A DNA stretch of 64,000 nt from contig CAVSLC010000002.1 in the NCBI GenBank assembly GCA_963728565.1, positions 1-64,000 of the forward strand, in the 5' to 3' direction. This document shows positions 8,458-17,686 of this stretch, piece after piece. The notes under the pieces are model-generated. The model did not search any database. It was not told the origin of the DNA and saw only the letters and a list, made by a program, of their open reading frames with translations. Position 1 is the first letter of the stretch; every line of letters begins with the position of its first letter. The DNA is from an uncultured delta proteobacterium (GTDB taxonomy: Bacteria; Desulfobacterota; Binatia; UBA9968). Both the position numbers and the translations under genes were made by a program.

Positions 8458-11157
8458 ATGGCGGAACGAGGAATCGACCCACAGGAAGAAAAGAAATCGT
8501 ACGGCAGCGTCTTTTTACTCGGCATAGCCCTACTCGTGGCTTTGTCGATCTGGGCATTTTGGGATGACAATATCACGCGTCGGCCGTGGAAAGCTTTTCA
8601 GTCGCAGTTTTTCCGGCTCGATTACAACAAAGCCAAAGCGGCATACGATGAAGAAAACAAGAAGCTTCAGGCCGACCCCGCCTACCAGGAGCTAGCCAAG
8701 AAATTAGCCGCTTTCCAGGCCAGCCTAGACGACGGCGAGTTGGGCGAAAAGCTTGCAACCTTGGAGAGGCAGGAGACCGAAGCCACTGTTCGATTCGGAG
8801 AAATCGATCAGGAGGTGAAATTCATCAAAAGCGAGCTCGAGGAAGCCTGGTACGAACACGATCACGCGATTCAGCAAAGACGAGACCCCAAGCCTTATGC
8901 GCAACATATTCAGGAGCTTGAAAAAGAGAAAGCGAAACTCGATCCGCAGCTGGAAGCCACGCGCCAAAAGCGCGATCACCTCAGAGAAGAGATCAAGAAG
9001 ATCAATTCGAGCAACAAGGAGATTCAGACTGAACTCAGCAAGTTAAGCGCCGAGCGCGATCGATGGCAACGGGTGATGGACAACGCCACCTTCAAGCTCG
9101 GTCCCTTGTCTTTCTACAAAATTCCCAAGATCCAACAAACCGTCATGGAGGAATTCGACCGTAATCGCTTCGACCAGCCGATTGCGCGGGTCGACCGCTG
9201 TCAAACTTGCCATCTGGCGATCAACCGCGCTGGCTTCGAAAACGAGTCCCATCCGTTCAAAACGCACCCGCGACGCGAGGTCCTATTGGCCGATAGCGCC
9301 CATCCGCCTGAAACGTTCGGTTGCACCGGTTGCCATGAAGGGCAGGGCGTCATGGTTAACGGCGTCAAGCAAGCGCACGGCGAGGTTCATCTCTGGGAGT
9401 TCCCGTTATTGCGCGGAGCTAAAAGCCAATCAAGCTGCACGTCTTGCCATTTGGATGTGCAAAAGCTTCAAGACGTGCCGCTGCTGACGGAAGGCCAACG
9501 GTTGTTTGAACAAGTCGGCTGCACCGGGTGTCATTTGGTTCAGGGATACGAGGACATTCCAAAGATCGCGCCGAGCCTGAAGAAGATCAGCGCAAAGGTC
9601 GATCCGAACTGGATGGTGCGCTGGGTGGAAAATCCGCACAAGTTCCGGCCGCGCACGCGCATGCCGAATTTCGAATTCAAGCCGGACGAGGCGCTGGCGG
9701 TTTCGGCTTATATCTGGTCACAGTCCAAGGAAGAGGGTGAAACGTGGCTCAAGGAAAATCCGCTTCCCGCGGGTATTCGCGAGGGAGATAACAATGAGGC
9801 CGCTCGGGGCAAGAAGCTGGTGGAAACCATCGGATGCAAAGGCTGCCACGGCTTTGCCGAAGGCGAGTTCAGCACCCCGCTCGGTAAAACTAAGGATCTT
9901 ATACCCAACCTCAAGGATATCGCTGCCAAGACCGGGCCGCAGTGGATTTTCCATTGGATTAAAAATCCCCGCGGTTTTGAGCCTGAGACGAAGATGCCCA
10001 GCTTGCGGCTGAGCGATGAGGAAGCGCGAGCGATCACGACGTACTTGACGACCCTAGGCGCGAAGGGGGAAACCATCCCTGGGATCGAAGAAAAACTTGC
10101 CGATGCCAACAATATAAAACGCGGTGAAGCGCTGGTTCGCAAGTATGGCTGCCCCGGCTGTCACGATATAAAGGGCATGGAAAAGGAGTCCCGCATCGGT
10201 GTTGAACTGACCACCTTCGGTTCGAAGACAGTGGAAGAGTTGGCCTTCGGCAATCGTACTGATGTACCCCGTACTTGGGATGATTGGACTTTTCATAAAA
10301 TAAAAACGCCCCGCGGCTATGCCACCGAGCGTGTCGAACAGCTCATGCCGCAATTCAATCTGGCCGACGAGGACATTAACGCGCTTCGAGTTTTACTGGG
10401 TGGCTTCAGAGAACGAAAAGTGGGGCATCGCTACCTGGCGGACCAGGGACAGCGCGTCACCCAAGTGGTCGAAGGCCGAAGATTGATGCAGCAGTATAAC
10501 TGCGTCGGCTGCCATGAGATTGAAAATCGAGGCGGGTTTGTTAAGAAATACTACGGCGAAAACACGGCGGCGGCTCCGCCGCAGCTAAACGGCGAAGGCG
10601 AGAAGGTTCAATCGCAGTGGCTATTCGGTTTTCTTAAGGCGCCGTTTACCTTGAGACCGTGGTTAGACATAAGAATGCCCACGTTTGGATTGTCGGACCA
10701 GCATACGACGCAGTTGATTAATTATTTCAATGGGCTCTCAAGAGTCGAAAACCCTTTTGCGTACTTCGATGACAGAAGGGTTCCACCCGACCATTTGGAC
10801 GCCGCTCGCAAGCTGGTCTCCGAGGAATATTTCAACTGTTTCAGTTGTCACGTGCGCGGCGGCAAGAATCCGGAGGGTCCGCCTGAAGGATGGGCTCCTG
10901 ATCTGGCTATGGCCCGGCAGCGGTTGAATCCCAACTGGATTATCAAATGGATACAGGATCCGCAGAAGATTCAACCGGGCACGAAAATGCCGTCTTTTTA
11001 TCCGGGAGGTCCCGACGACATCCTGGGCGGGAAAGATGACAGACAGATTGAAGCGCTACGCGATTATGTGATGAGCTTGGGAAGAAGCGGCGGCGGCACC
11101 GCTGCAACGGCTGCAGCCGCCGGCGAGGAGAATCGAGCAAAAGCGGTCAAGCGCTGA
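8458..11157 (+). CDS. Membrane-anchored octaheme c-type cytochrome with long coiled-coil
   Basis: 8 CxxCH motifs (CQTCH, CTGCH, CTSCH, CTGCH, CKGCH, CPGCH, CVGCH, CFSCH); N-terminal TM; SD GAGGGAG before ATG 8458. Confidence 0.92.
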   Translation: MAERGIDPQEEKKSYGSVFLLGIALLVALSIWAFWDDNITRRPWKAFQSQFFRLDYNKAKAAYDEENKKLQADPAYQELAKKLAAFQASLDDGELGEKLATLERQETEATVRFGEIDQEVKFIKSELEEAWYEHDHAIQQRRDPKPYAQHIQELEKEKAKLDPQLEATRQKRDHLREEIKKINSSNKEIQTELSKLSAERDRWQRVMDNATFKLGPLSFYKIPKIQQTVMEEFDRNRFDQPIARVDRCQTCHLAINRAGFENESHPFKTHPRREVLLADSAHPPETFGCTGCHEGQGVMVNGVKQAHGEVHLWEFPLLRGAKSQSSCTSCHLDVQKLQDVPLLTEGQRLFEQVGCTGCHLVQGYEDIPKIAPSLKKISAKVDPNWMVRWVENPHKFRPRTRMPNFEFKPDEALAVSAYIWSQSKEEGETWLKENPLPAGIREGDNNEAARGKKLVETIGCKGCHGFAEGEFSTPLGKTKDLIPNLKDIAAKTGPQWIFHWIKNPRGFEPETKMPSLRLSDEEARAITTYLTTLGAKGETIPGIEEKLADANNIKRGEALVRKYGCPGCHDIKGMEKESRIGVELTTFGSKTVEELAFGNRTDVPRTWDDWTFHKIKTPRGYATERVEQLMPQFNLADEDINALRVLLGGFRERKVGHRYLADQGQRVTQVVEGRRLMQQYNCVGCHEIENRGGFVKKYYGENTAAAPPQLNGEGEKVQSQWLFGFLKAPFTLRPWLDIRMPTFGLSDQHTTQLINYFNGLSRVENPFAYFDDRRVPPDHLDAARKLVSEEYFNCFSCHVRGGKNPEGPPEGWAPDLAMARQRLNPNWIIKWIQDPQKIQPGTKMPSFYPGGPDDILGGKDDRQIEALRDYVMSLGRSGGGTAATAAAAGEENRAKAVKR

Positions 11158-11209
11158 ATACGAAAGTTTGCTTTTCGTCTAATTAACGACAACCAACAAG
11201 GAGGATAGT

Positions 11210-11923
11210 ATGACGAAGTTTGGATCCATAGTTCTATCAGCCGCAATATTCGCGTTACCCGCAACCAGCATGGCCCAGTATAAAGGCGGAGATGTAAAGG
11301 ATGGCGGCTCGATTTCCGGCACGGTCAAATTCAAAGGTACCGCGCCGGCGCCGAAGAAGCTCGAAATCAGCAAGGACAAAGAGGTTTGTGGTAAAAGCCC
11401 AAAGGTCGATCAGTCGTTAGTTGTGAATAATGGCAACCTTGCCAACGCAGTGGTGACGATTACCGATATCAAAACCGGTAAGAAGATCGATGCCAAGAAA
11501 GTGACGCTGGACCAGAAGGGCTGCGAATATCAGCCTCACGTGCTCGCCTTCCCGGTCGGGACTACTGTCGAAATCTTAAATCCTGACGGCATTCTTCACA
11601 ACGTACACTCCTACAGCAAGGCGAACAGCCCGTTTAACATGGCGCAGCCGAAATTCAAAAAGACTTTGGACGTCAAGATCGACAAACCGGAAGCCATCGA
11701 AGTCAAGTGTGACGTTCATGGGTGGATGCAGGGCTGGTTGGTAGCCACTGAATCTCCCTATGTTGCGGTCACGGATAACTCGGGGAACTTCAAGCTGACC
11801 GACGTGCCTCCGGGGAGCTACACAGTCGAAGTTTGGCATGAGAAGCTCGGTAAGAATACCCAGAAGGTCAGTGTCAAGGCAAAAGAGGATGCGAAGGTTA
11901 GCTTCGAGCTAGCAGGCAAGTAA
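11210..11923 (+). CDS. Secreted cupredoxin-like plus carboxypeptidase-regulatory-like domain protein
   Basis: Signal peptide; LHNVH and KCDVHGWM; C-terminal VTDNSGNFKLTDVPPGSYTVEVWHE; strong SD AGGAGG. Confidence 0.85.
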   Translation: MTKFGSIVLSAAIFALPATSMAQYKGGDVKDGGSISGTVKFKGTAPAPKKLEISKDKEVCGKSPKVDQSLVVNNGNLANAVVTITDIKTGKKIDAKKVTLDQKGCEYQPHVLAFPVGTTVEILNPDGILHNVHSYSKANSPFNMAQPKFKKTLDVKIDKPEAIEVKCDVHGWMQGWLVATESPYVAVTDNSGNFKLTDVPPGSYTVEVWHEKLGKNTQKVSVKAKEDAKVSFELAGK

Positions 11924-11947
11924 CCTTACTTGGCTTGAATCGTTCTA

Positions 11948-11980
11948 AGGCGGCGCTCTCCAAAGGAGCGCCGCTTTTTT
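11948..11980 (+). terminator. Rho-independent terminator of the Rieske/cyt b operon
   Basis: Stem GCGGCGCTC / GAGCGCCGC with 7-nt loop followed by T6. Confidence 0.85.
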
Positions 11981-12008
11981 CACTTGCCCCTCCGTCACTT
12001 CAACCAAT

Positions 12009-12695
12009 TTATTTAACACCGACTTGGTCCTTGAAGTAGTTCCAGGCTCTTTCCAGATCGACCGGCGGTAATGCTTCAACCTGACGTTTAGCCGCCTCAT
12101 CGATGGTCAATGGAATTGGCGTGCCGATTTGCAGCGCGCCGTGCAGAATCTCTGCTGCTTCTTCCAAATAGATCGCCATCATCACCGCCTCCGGCACTGT
12201 CCTGCCGACGGTTACCTGGCCATTACCTCTGAGCAAAACGGCCGGTCGGTCGCCCATGGTGCTTGCGACCTGTTCGCCGAGTTCTGCTGTAGAAATAAGA
12301 TCAGGCAGGTAAAATACCGGGACGCCGCCGGCAAAAAAACTGCCGTGATTATGGACCGGTTCTATCTTCCGATCCGTCACCGAGAAAATATTGGCTACAC
12401 GAGCGTGGATTCGGGTAATTGCATTGATCCGCGGCTTCATCTTCATGATGGAAGCGTGAAGCGCTGCCTCAAACGGGGCAGGATGATCGCCGGCAACTAC
12501 TTCTCCGTTCAAATTCATGGTTAGCAGATCGGCTTCGGTCACTAGTGCAAGGCTTATCCTAGGCGTGATAATGAATCGATCTGAATCGATGAGGCGGGCG
12601 CTTACGTGGCCAAATCCTTCAACCAATTTTTGCCGCGAAAGGATGCGACAGGCGCTGACCACGTCTTTCTTCAGTTGCTCCAGGTCCGGTCCCAT
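12009..12695 (-). CDS. Class II aldolase/adducin family protein with degenerate Zn ligands
   Basis: EGFGHVSAR, PFEAALHASI, RIH (for HxH), LLRGNG (for NHG), YLEEAAE. Confidence 0.85.
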   Translation of the reverse strand: MGPDLEQLKKDVVSACRILSRQKLVEGFGHVSARLIDSDRFIITPRISLALVTEADLLTMNLNGEVVAGDHPAPFEAALHASIMKMKPRINAITRIHARVANIFSVTDRKIEPVHNHGSFFAGGVPVFYLPDLISTAELGEQVASTMGDRPAVLLRGNGQVTVGRTVPEAVMMAIYLEEAAEILHGALQIGTPIPLTIDEAAKRQVEALPPVDLERAWNYFKDQVGVK

Positions 12696-12766
12696 AAAGC
12701 TCCTTTAATTTGCGAGAATATTGACGTATATTACGGTGATCAAACTTTTAGTAAAAGAGAGCCGCC

Positions 12767-13036
12767 GTGAAAATTAAAGTGGAATCGATTGCCGATGCTA
12801 AAGGACAGGAAACGCCGTCCCGATTTATGTTGGGCATCCGAACCATCGAGATTCAAGCCGTGGCAGATCGGTGGTACGGCGAGCAAGCCTGTTATTATCG
12901 TGTCGTGGGTAGCGATGAGAACTCATATATTCTCAAGGGGCCCTTAGAAGATGGCTCTTGGGAACTAGTATCCTTTACCCACAAAGACTCGCGGGGCACC
13001 GAGCTCGAATACGAGGGAAAACGGGAGCTTCAATAG
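12767..13036 (+). CDS. Small hypothetical protein (possibly DUF6504-like)
   Basis: 89 aa; PSRFMLG...DRWYG...YYRV...WEL pattern. Confidence 0.65.
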   Translation: MKIKVESIADAKGQETPSRFMLGIRTIEIQAVADRWYGEQACYYRVVGSDENSYILKGPLEDGSWELVSFTHKDSRGTELEYEGKRELQ

Positions 13037-13188
13037 CGGCTTTTCTTTCGGGCCGTGACTCGGTTCGAGTCGGCCGATTGAAGTTATCCCCGCCGGTTAC
13101 TTCCCGCCCGCAAACACGACGCGCGACGCGCTCGAATCAACGAAGTTTTATCAATCTTCCCTAAAACTCTGATAAGGGACTTCACTCG

Positions 13189-14532
13189 ATGAGCAAGCAG
13201 CACTTGGTGGCAGTTATCGGCGCTGGGCCCGCTGGTATTTATGGCACTCGCAAGCTTGCAGAGGCAGGGCATCGTGTTGTTCTGTTCAATCGCGATATCA
13301 AGCCAGGCGGTTTGGCGGAATACGGGATCTTCGTGGACAAGGAGAAGATGAAAACCGGGCTGCGTAAACAGTTCAAGAAAATCTTGGGTGACCCAAAAGT
13401 TTTTTATCTTGGCCATGTCAGCGTCGGACATGATCAGGCGCTTACGTTAGCCGATCTCAAACAAATTGGTCTCAGCGCCATCGTTGTGACGGCAGGAGCG
13501 CAGGGAACCAAGAAACTCGGCATTCCCGGGGAAGAAAGCGTTGGTGTTTATCACGCTAAAGATGTCGTTTACCACTACAATTCATTGCCGCCGTTCAGTC
13601 AACGAAATTTCGAAATTGGGCGCAGGGTAGCCATCATCGGTATGGGCAACGTCATGGTCGATATCGGTAACTGGTTGTTGAATCACAAGAAGATCGATCA
13701 AGTCGTCGTAGTGGCGCGGCGCGGGCCCCTCGAAAAGGCCTACGATGACAGCGAATTTGAGGTGATTGAACAGTATCTCGACAATCTCCAAATGAAAAAG
13801 GAGATTGAAAGAATACGGCCGCAACTTACGGCGGTGGGACAAAATGTCGATCAGATCATCGAAAAATTCGTCAAGCAGGGAGAGCCTGCCGAAGGGCGCA
13901 GGTTGCAATTCCGCTATCTCTGTTCACCGACGAAAGTTATCGCCGATGATCGCGGCCGCGTCGCCGCGCTTGAAGTCGAAGAGAACGAGTTGGTACTTGA
14001 GGATGGCAGGACGGTCGCGAAAGGAACCGGCAAACATGCTCAGATCGAAGTTGATTGCGTCATTTACGCGATCGGTGATCAAGTCGACGCCTCGCTCGGT
14101 CTGCCGTTCTCGCGCGGCGTTTTCGTGACTAATCCTGAAAAACTTCTCGCCGATCCTAATCCGGCGGCGTACCAGCCATATGATCCTGAAGCCGCAAGAG
14201 TGATCGAGGGCATTTATGTTGCCGGTTGGTCGCGCAACGCCAGCGTGGGCCTTGTCGGCGTCGCTAAGCAGGATGCGGAGAGAGGTATGAAAGTGGTTAA
14301 CGAGTACTTGAGCGCCAGGGAAGGATTCACGCCTGGTGAGATGGAAGCCAAGATCGAAGCCATTCTCGACCTACTCGAAAAGAAGGCCGTTTCCGTCGTG
14401 ACCAAAGAAGACGTCGAGATCCTTGAGAGTGTTGAACACGAGGAAGCCCGCAACAGAAAAACCTGGGATTTCAAATTTATCACCGATGACCAGATGCTGC
14501 AGGTCATCAGAGAGCGCAGGGCGGCGCGTTAG
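13189..14532 (+). CDS. FAD-dependent ferredoxin-NADP+ reductase (adrenodoxin reductase/FprA type)
   Basis: VIGAGPAG, PGGLAEYGI, IIGMGNVMVD, VARRGP, YVAGW. Confidence 0.88.
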   Translation: MSKQHLVAVIGAGPAGIYGTRKLAEAGHRVVLFNRDIKPGGLAEYGIFVDKEKMKTGLRKQFKKILGDPKVFYLGHVSVGHDQALTLADLKQIGLSAIVVTAGAQGTKKLGIPGEESVGVYHAKDVVYHYNSLPPFSQRNFEIGRRVAIIGMGNVMVDIGNWLLNHKKIDQVVVVARRGPLEKAYDDSEFEVIEQYLDNLQMKKEIERIRPQLTAVGQNVDQIIEKFVKQGEPAEGRRLQFRYLCSPTKVIADDRGRVAALEVEENELVLEDGRTVAKGTGKHAQIEVDCVIYAIGDQVDASLGLPFSRGVFVTNPEKLLADPNPAAYQPYDPEAARVIEGIYVAGWSRNASVGLVGVAKQDAERGMKVVNEYLSAREGFTPGEMEAKIEAILDLLEKKAVSVVTKEDVEILESVEHEEARNRKTWDFKFITDDQMLQVIRERRAAR

Positions 14533-14864
14533 CTCGCCTGTTTTAAACGTTTTCATCTTTGTTTAATGAAGCCGTTCGTGTTGAGTCTCTTTCGCCGCCG
14601 GCGTTGTGTTTCCAGGACACGGTCGTGTTCCCATGTACGTGGCGTTCTCCTGTATGCTTCGCGGACAAAGCAATCTGTCGCGAGAACGGTTTGCGATTTG
14701 ACTTTTGCCCGCAGCTGAGAATACCTAGTCCCCAAACATGACCAGGAGTCATGCGACTGAGGCGGCAAATCTCGTGTTTATGCTTGTTCGGTGTTGACGT
14801 ATTGCCATCCTTAACTGCCGCCGCCGGATAAGGCGGGACAGCGTTGCTGTGAACGGCAGTCATT

Positions 14865-15356
14865 ATTCCCGAAAAGCTTTATCATCATCTTGCCGGCGAT
14901 CATCAGCGCCTCGATGACTTGCTCGCCCGCGCCATGTCCGGCGACACCATCGACGGTGCCGCTTATCATCAATTTCGCGCCGATTTACTCAAGCACATCG
15001 CCGTGGAGGAAAAGATCCTCCTGCCCGCCGTGCAGCGGTTGCGCGTTGGAAAGCCGCTTACGGTCGCGGCTAAAGTGCGCCTGGATCATGACGCCCTGGC
15101 CGCATTGCTGGTGGCGCCGCCAACAGCGCCCGTGATCGCGGCTATCCGCGCCATTCTTAAGCTCCACAACGCCATTGAAGAAGATCCCGGAGGTATGTAC
15201 GGGCCAGTGCGAAGAATTGGCCGGAGCCGAGATCGATGAGATTCTGCGCCAGTTGCAAGAGGCACCGGACGAGGCTTGCGCAAACTTCGATGGCCGAATG
15301 TTCTCGAGATGACGCTCCGGGCGGTTGACCAAAGCGCGTATGACCTGAAGCTGTGA
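14865..15356 (+). pseudogene. Hemerythrin-like (HHE) domain protein, frameshifted, copy 1
   Basis: DHQRLDDLL, LLKHIAVEEKILLP, RLDH, HNAIEE then QCEELAG in another frame; ATT where the start is expected. Confidence 0.75.
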
Positions 15357-15619
15357 TGCGATTCAGGACTGATCCACGCGGGAGTCTTCCGGCTAGCTCA
15401 GACATCGGTCTCCAATTTGACGCGGTTTGCCGTCGATCCCTTCGTTTTAGCCGACGCAGGTGCGGGAAAGACAAACAATAGTGGCACGTGCGGCTTATGC
15501 TCTCGAACGTAACGGCCTTCCGAGAACCTCGTGATGGCGAGATACCGGTCGTTTATCGCCGATTCGCCGTTCCCACTTCTTCATTTGTTATCTACTTCGT
15601 GTAGATCGCTTGCAACAAC

Positions 15620-15646
15620 GCCACACGTGCACACATTTCCGCCTCA
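15620..15646 (+). promoter_or_regulatory. Conserved upstream activator-like motif, copy A
   Basis: GCCACACGTGCACACATTTCCGCCTCA; aligns with copies at 21251, 25116 and 26901. Confidence 0.65.
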
Positions 15647-15714
15647 CTCTTATAGTGTGTTCTGAACGAAGTCTGCTCTCCAAGGGCTCGGGTGCCTGGA
15701 ACAACGCGATTTGC

Positions 15715-15730
15715 TGGCATCAAAGTTGCT
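15715..15730 (+). promoter_or_regulatory. sigma54 -24/-12 promoter upstream of USP gene
   Basis: TGGCATCAAAGTTGCT, exact GG-N10-GC spacing. Confidence 0.75.
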
Positions 15731-15978
15731 CTAGTTAGTACGTGAAACGTTAATTGTTTTTGAGTTGTTTTCTTCATGCCGGGACTCGGTTCGCCACTCG
15801 AATGCAGCGGTCACCTGAGAGTAGAGCAGACGTTATTCCTCATTAAGCGTTCGCCGGTCCTCAAGTACCAAGTCACGGAAATAGGCAGGACCGTGACGGA
15901 ATTTAATCAATATTTAACAGAGTACGCAGCCATCGTTCGATTATTGAGCGACGCTTCGTGTCACATTCAGGAGGTATT

Positions 15979-16560
15979 ATGATTAAGAAAATTTTGGCGC
16001 CCACAGATCTGTCGAGCTTTTCGCGAGCAGGTGTTCGCTACGCCCTTGATAAAGCTCGAGCCAGCGGTGCTGAAGTAATAATTTATTATGTATTCAAAGT
16101 GGAAGAGTTGCGGCACCTTGGTGAGAGACTCACAGATCATGCCGTCCGCGCAGCCGGCGCTTCTAACTTGCTACAAGATTATCTCTGCAGGTGCGAAGAT
16201 AATCTTGCTGCGTATCTCGAGAAAAATTTTGCTGATTTACTTCCCTTGGTCGAGGTTCAAAAAAGGGTGGAATTCGGCACTCCTGATAAAAATATTGTGA
16301 GTTTGGCAGAGGCAGAACGGGTGGATTTGATCATCATGTCGAGCCATGGGAGACGAGGTTTACGCCGGATGATCTTCGGCAGCGTGACGGAGCAAGTAAT
16401 TCGAAACGCACCCTGTCCGGTGATCGCCATCCCCCGACCACGTACGAAACCGGTGGAGCTATGTCCCCGGCGCAGGAAGAAGGAAAGGCACGCGGTGAAA
16501 CGCAGACGGGTCGGGCGGCCTTCGCGAGTCGACAGAAGAATTGCGGAAAGGCATCACTAA
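15979..16560 (+). CDS. Universal stress protein (single domain) with basic C-terminal tail
   Basis: KKILAPTDLS, DLIIMSSHGRRG, FGSVTEQVIRNAPCPV; SD GGAGG. Confidence 0.9.
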   Translation: MIKKILAPTDLSSFSRAGVRYALDKARASGAEVIIYYVFKVEELRHLGERLTDHAVRAAGASNLLQDYLCRCEDNLAAYLEKNFADLLPLVEVQKRVEFGTPDKNIVSLAEAERVDLIIMSSHGRRGLRRMIFGSVTEQVIRNAPCPVIAIPRPRTKPVELCPRRRKKERHAVKRRRVGRPSRVDRRIAERHH

Positions 16561-16642
16561 CGAGCTGAACCCCCGGCAGCCAACGAGATCCGTCATCAGC
16601 ACAAGTGGCTCGATGATGGCGTAATGAACAAAGGAGGCCCTA

Positions 16643-17467
16643 ATGGAAAACATGTTGAATTTTAATGAAAGGGCGTTTTCGTTCATCCAGGTAAACCAAC
16701 GCGAGTCTATACCGCGCACGCGCGGTATAACGGAAATACGGGCCCCTGCTACACACCGATTGGGAAAACTATTTGCAGGATATATTCGAAACCATGGGGA
16801 TTTATGTGGACGCGCTGAAGTTTGCCGGAGGCTCATTTTCTTTGATGGCTCGTAGCGCTGTGCAATTCTCATCCAGTACTCTCACCAACACTATGTTTTG
16901 GTTTCCACGGGCGGCTTTATAGAACATGTGCTCACTTGGGGCCCCAAGCTGTCGACAATTATATCAACGAATGCGGCCAGATCGGGTGCGACATTATAGA
17001 GATATCCGCAGGCTTCATAACAGTCCCGGTCGATGACGTCCTTAGTTAAGAGAAAAGGTGCAAAGAGCTGGGATGAAGGCCAAAGCGAAGTGGGAATCCA
17101 GTTCGGCGCAGGCGGTACGACGGCTGCCTCTGAGCTGGAAGCGGAAGGGACACGGGATATCGACTGGGCGGTTGATCGCGCCAGACGTTATCTCGACGGG
17201 GGCGCATACATGATAATGATCGAATCGGAGGGAGTCACCGAAGCGTAACATCATGGCGGACGGATACCCGCCCCTTTCGTCAGGAGTCTCGGGCTCGAAA
17301 AAGTAATGTTCGAAGCGGCTGAGCCTGAGGTATTTCAATGATACATAAAAATTACGGGCGGAGGTCAATCTGTTCGTGGATCACAGTCAAATTGTTGATT
17401 TCAACCCTTGCGTTTCGGGATCTGGGGAACCAAGAGTCCCTGGGGTCGAGTGCTGACCTACAGATAA
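16643..17467 (+). pseudogene. comA: Phosphosulfolactate synthase (ComA/HSA32-like), multiply frameshifted
   Basis: Pieces in different frames: PRTRGITEIR, VDALKFAGGSF, VSTGGFIEHV, EVGIQFGAGG, MIMIESEG, EKVMFEAA, EVNLFVDHSQIV, GIWGTKS. Confidence 0.85.
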
Positions 17468-17515
17468 TGCGCCCGCGATACTAGGCTTAAAACTGTCGTC
17501 TGGGATTTCACAGTA

Positions 17516-17686
17516 ATGGTACTAGAGTTATCAAAGATCCTTCTTCACCTTTCGTTGACGCTTGCCGGTGGAATCGTGGCGGCAGTAATAGCGATTCTGA
17601 TTATCATTTTACTTGGCGCGTTTGGCGCATGGTTCGTGATTCAAGTAAAGTTAAAACGTGAAAACGACTCGCTCCGACAAACCTAA
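17516..17686 (+). CDS. Putative small single-pass membrane protein (56 aa), not in the ORF track
   Basis: MVLELSKILLHLSLTLAGGIVAAVIAILIIILLGAFGAWFVIQVKLKRENDSLRQT; overlaps the kinase start. Confidence 0.45.
   Translation: MVLELSKILLHLSLTLAGGIVAAVIAILIIILLGAFGAWFVIQVKLKRENDSLRQT

Noticed and set aside
13055-13080. GGTTCGAGTC tRNA T-loop-like motif
   Set aside because: No acceptor, D or anticodon stems can be built around it
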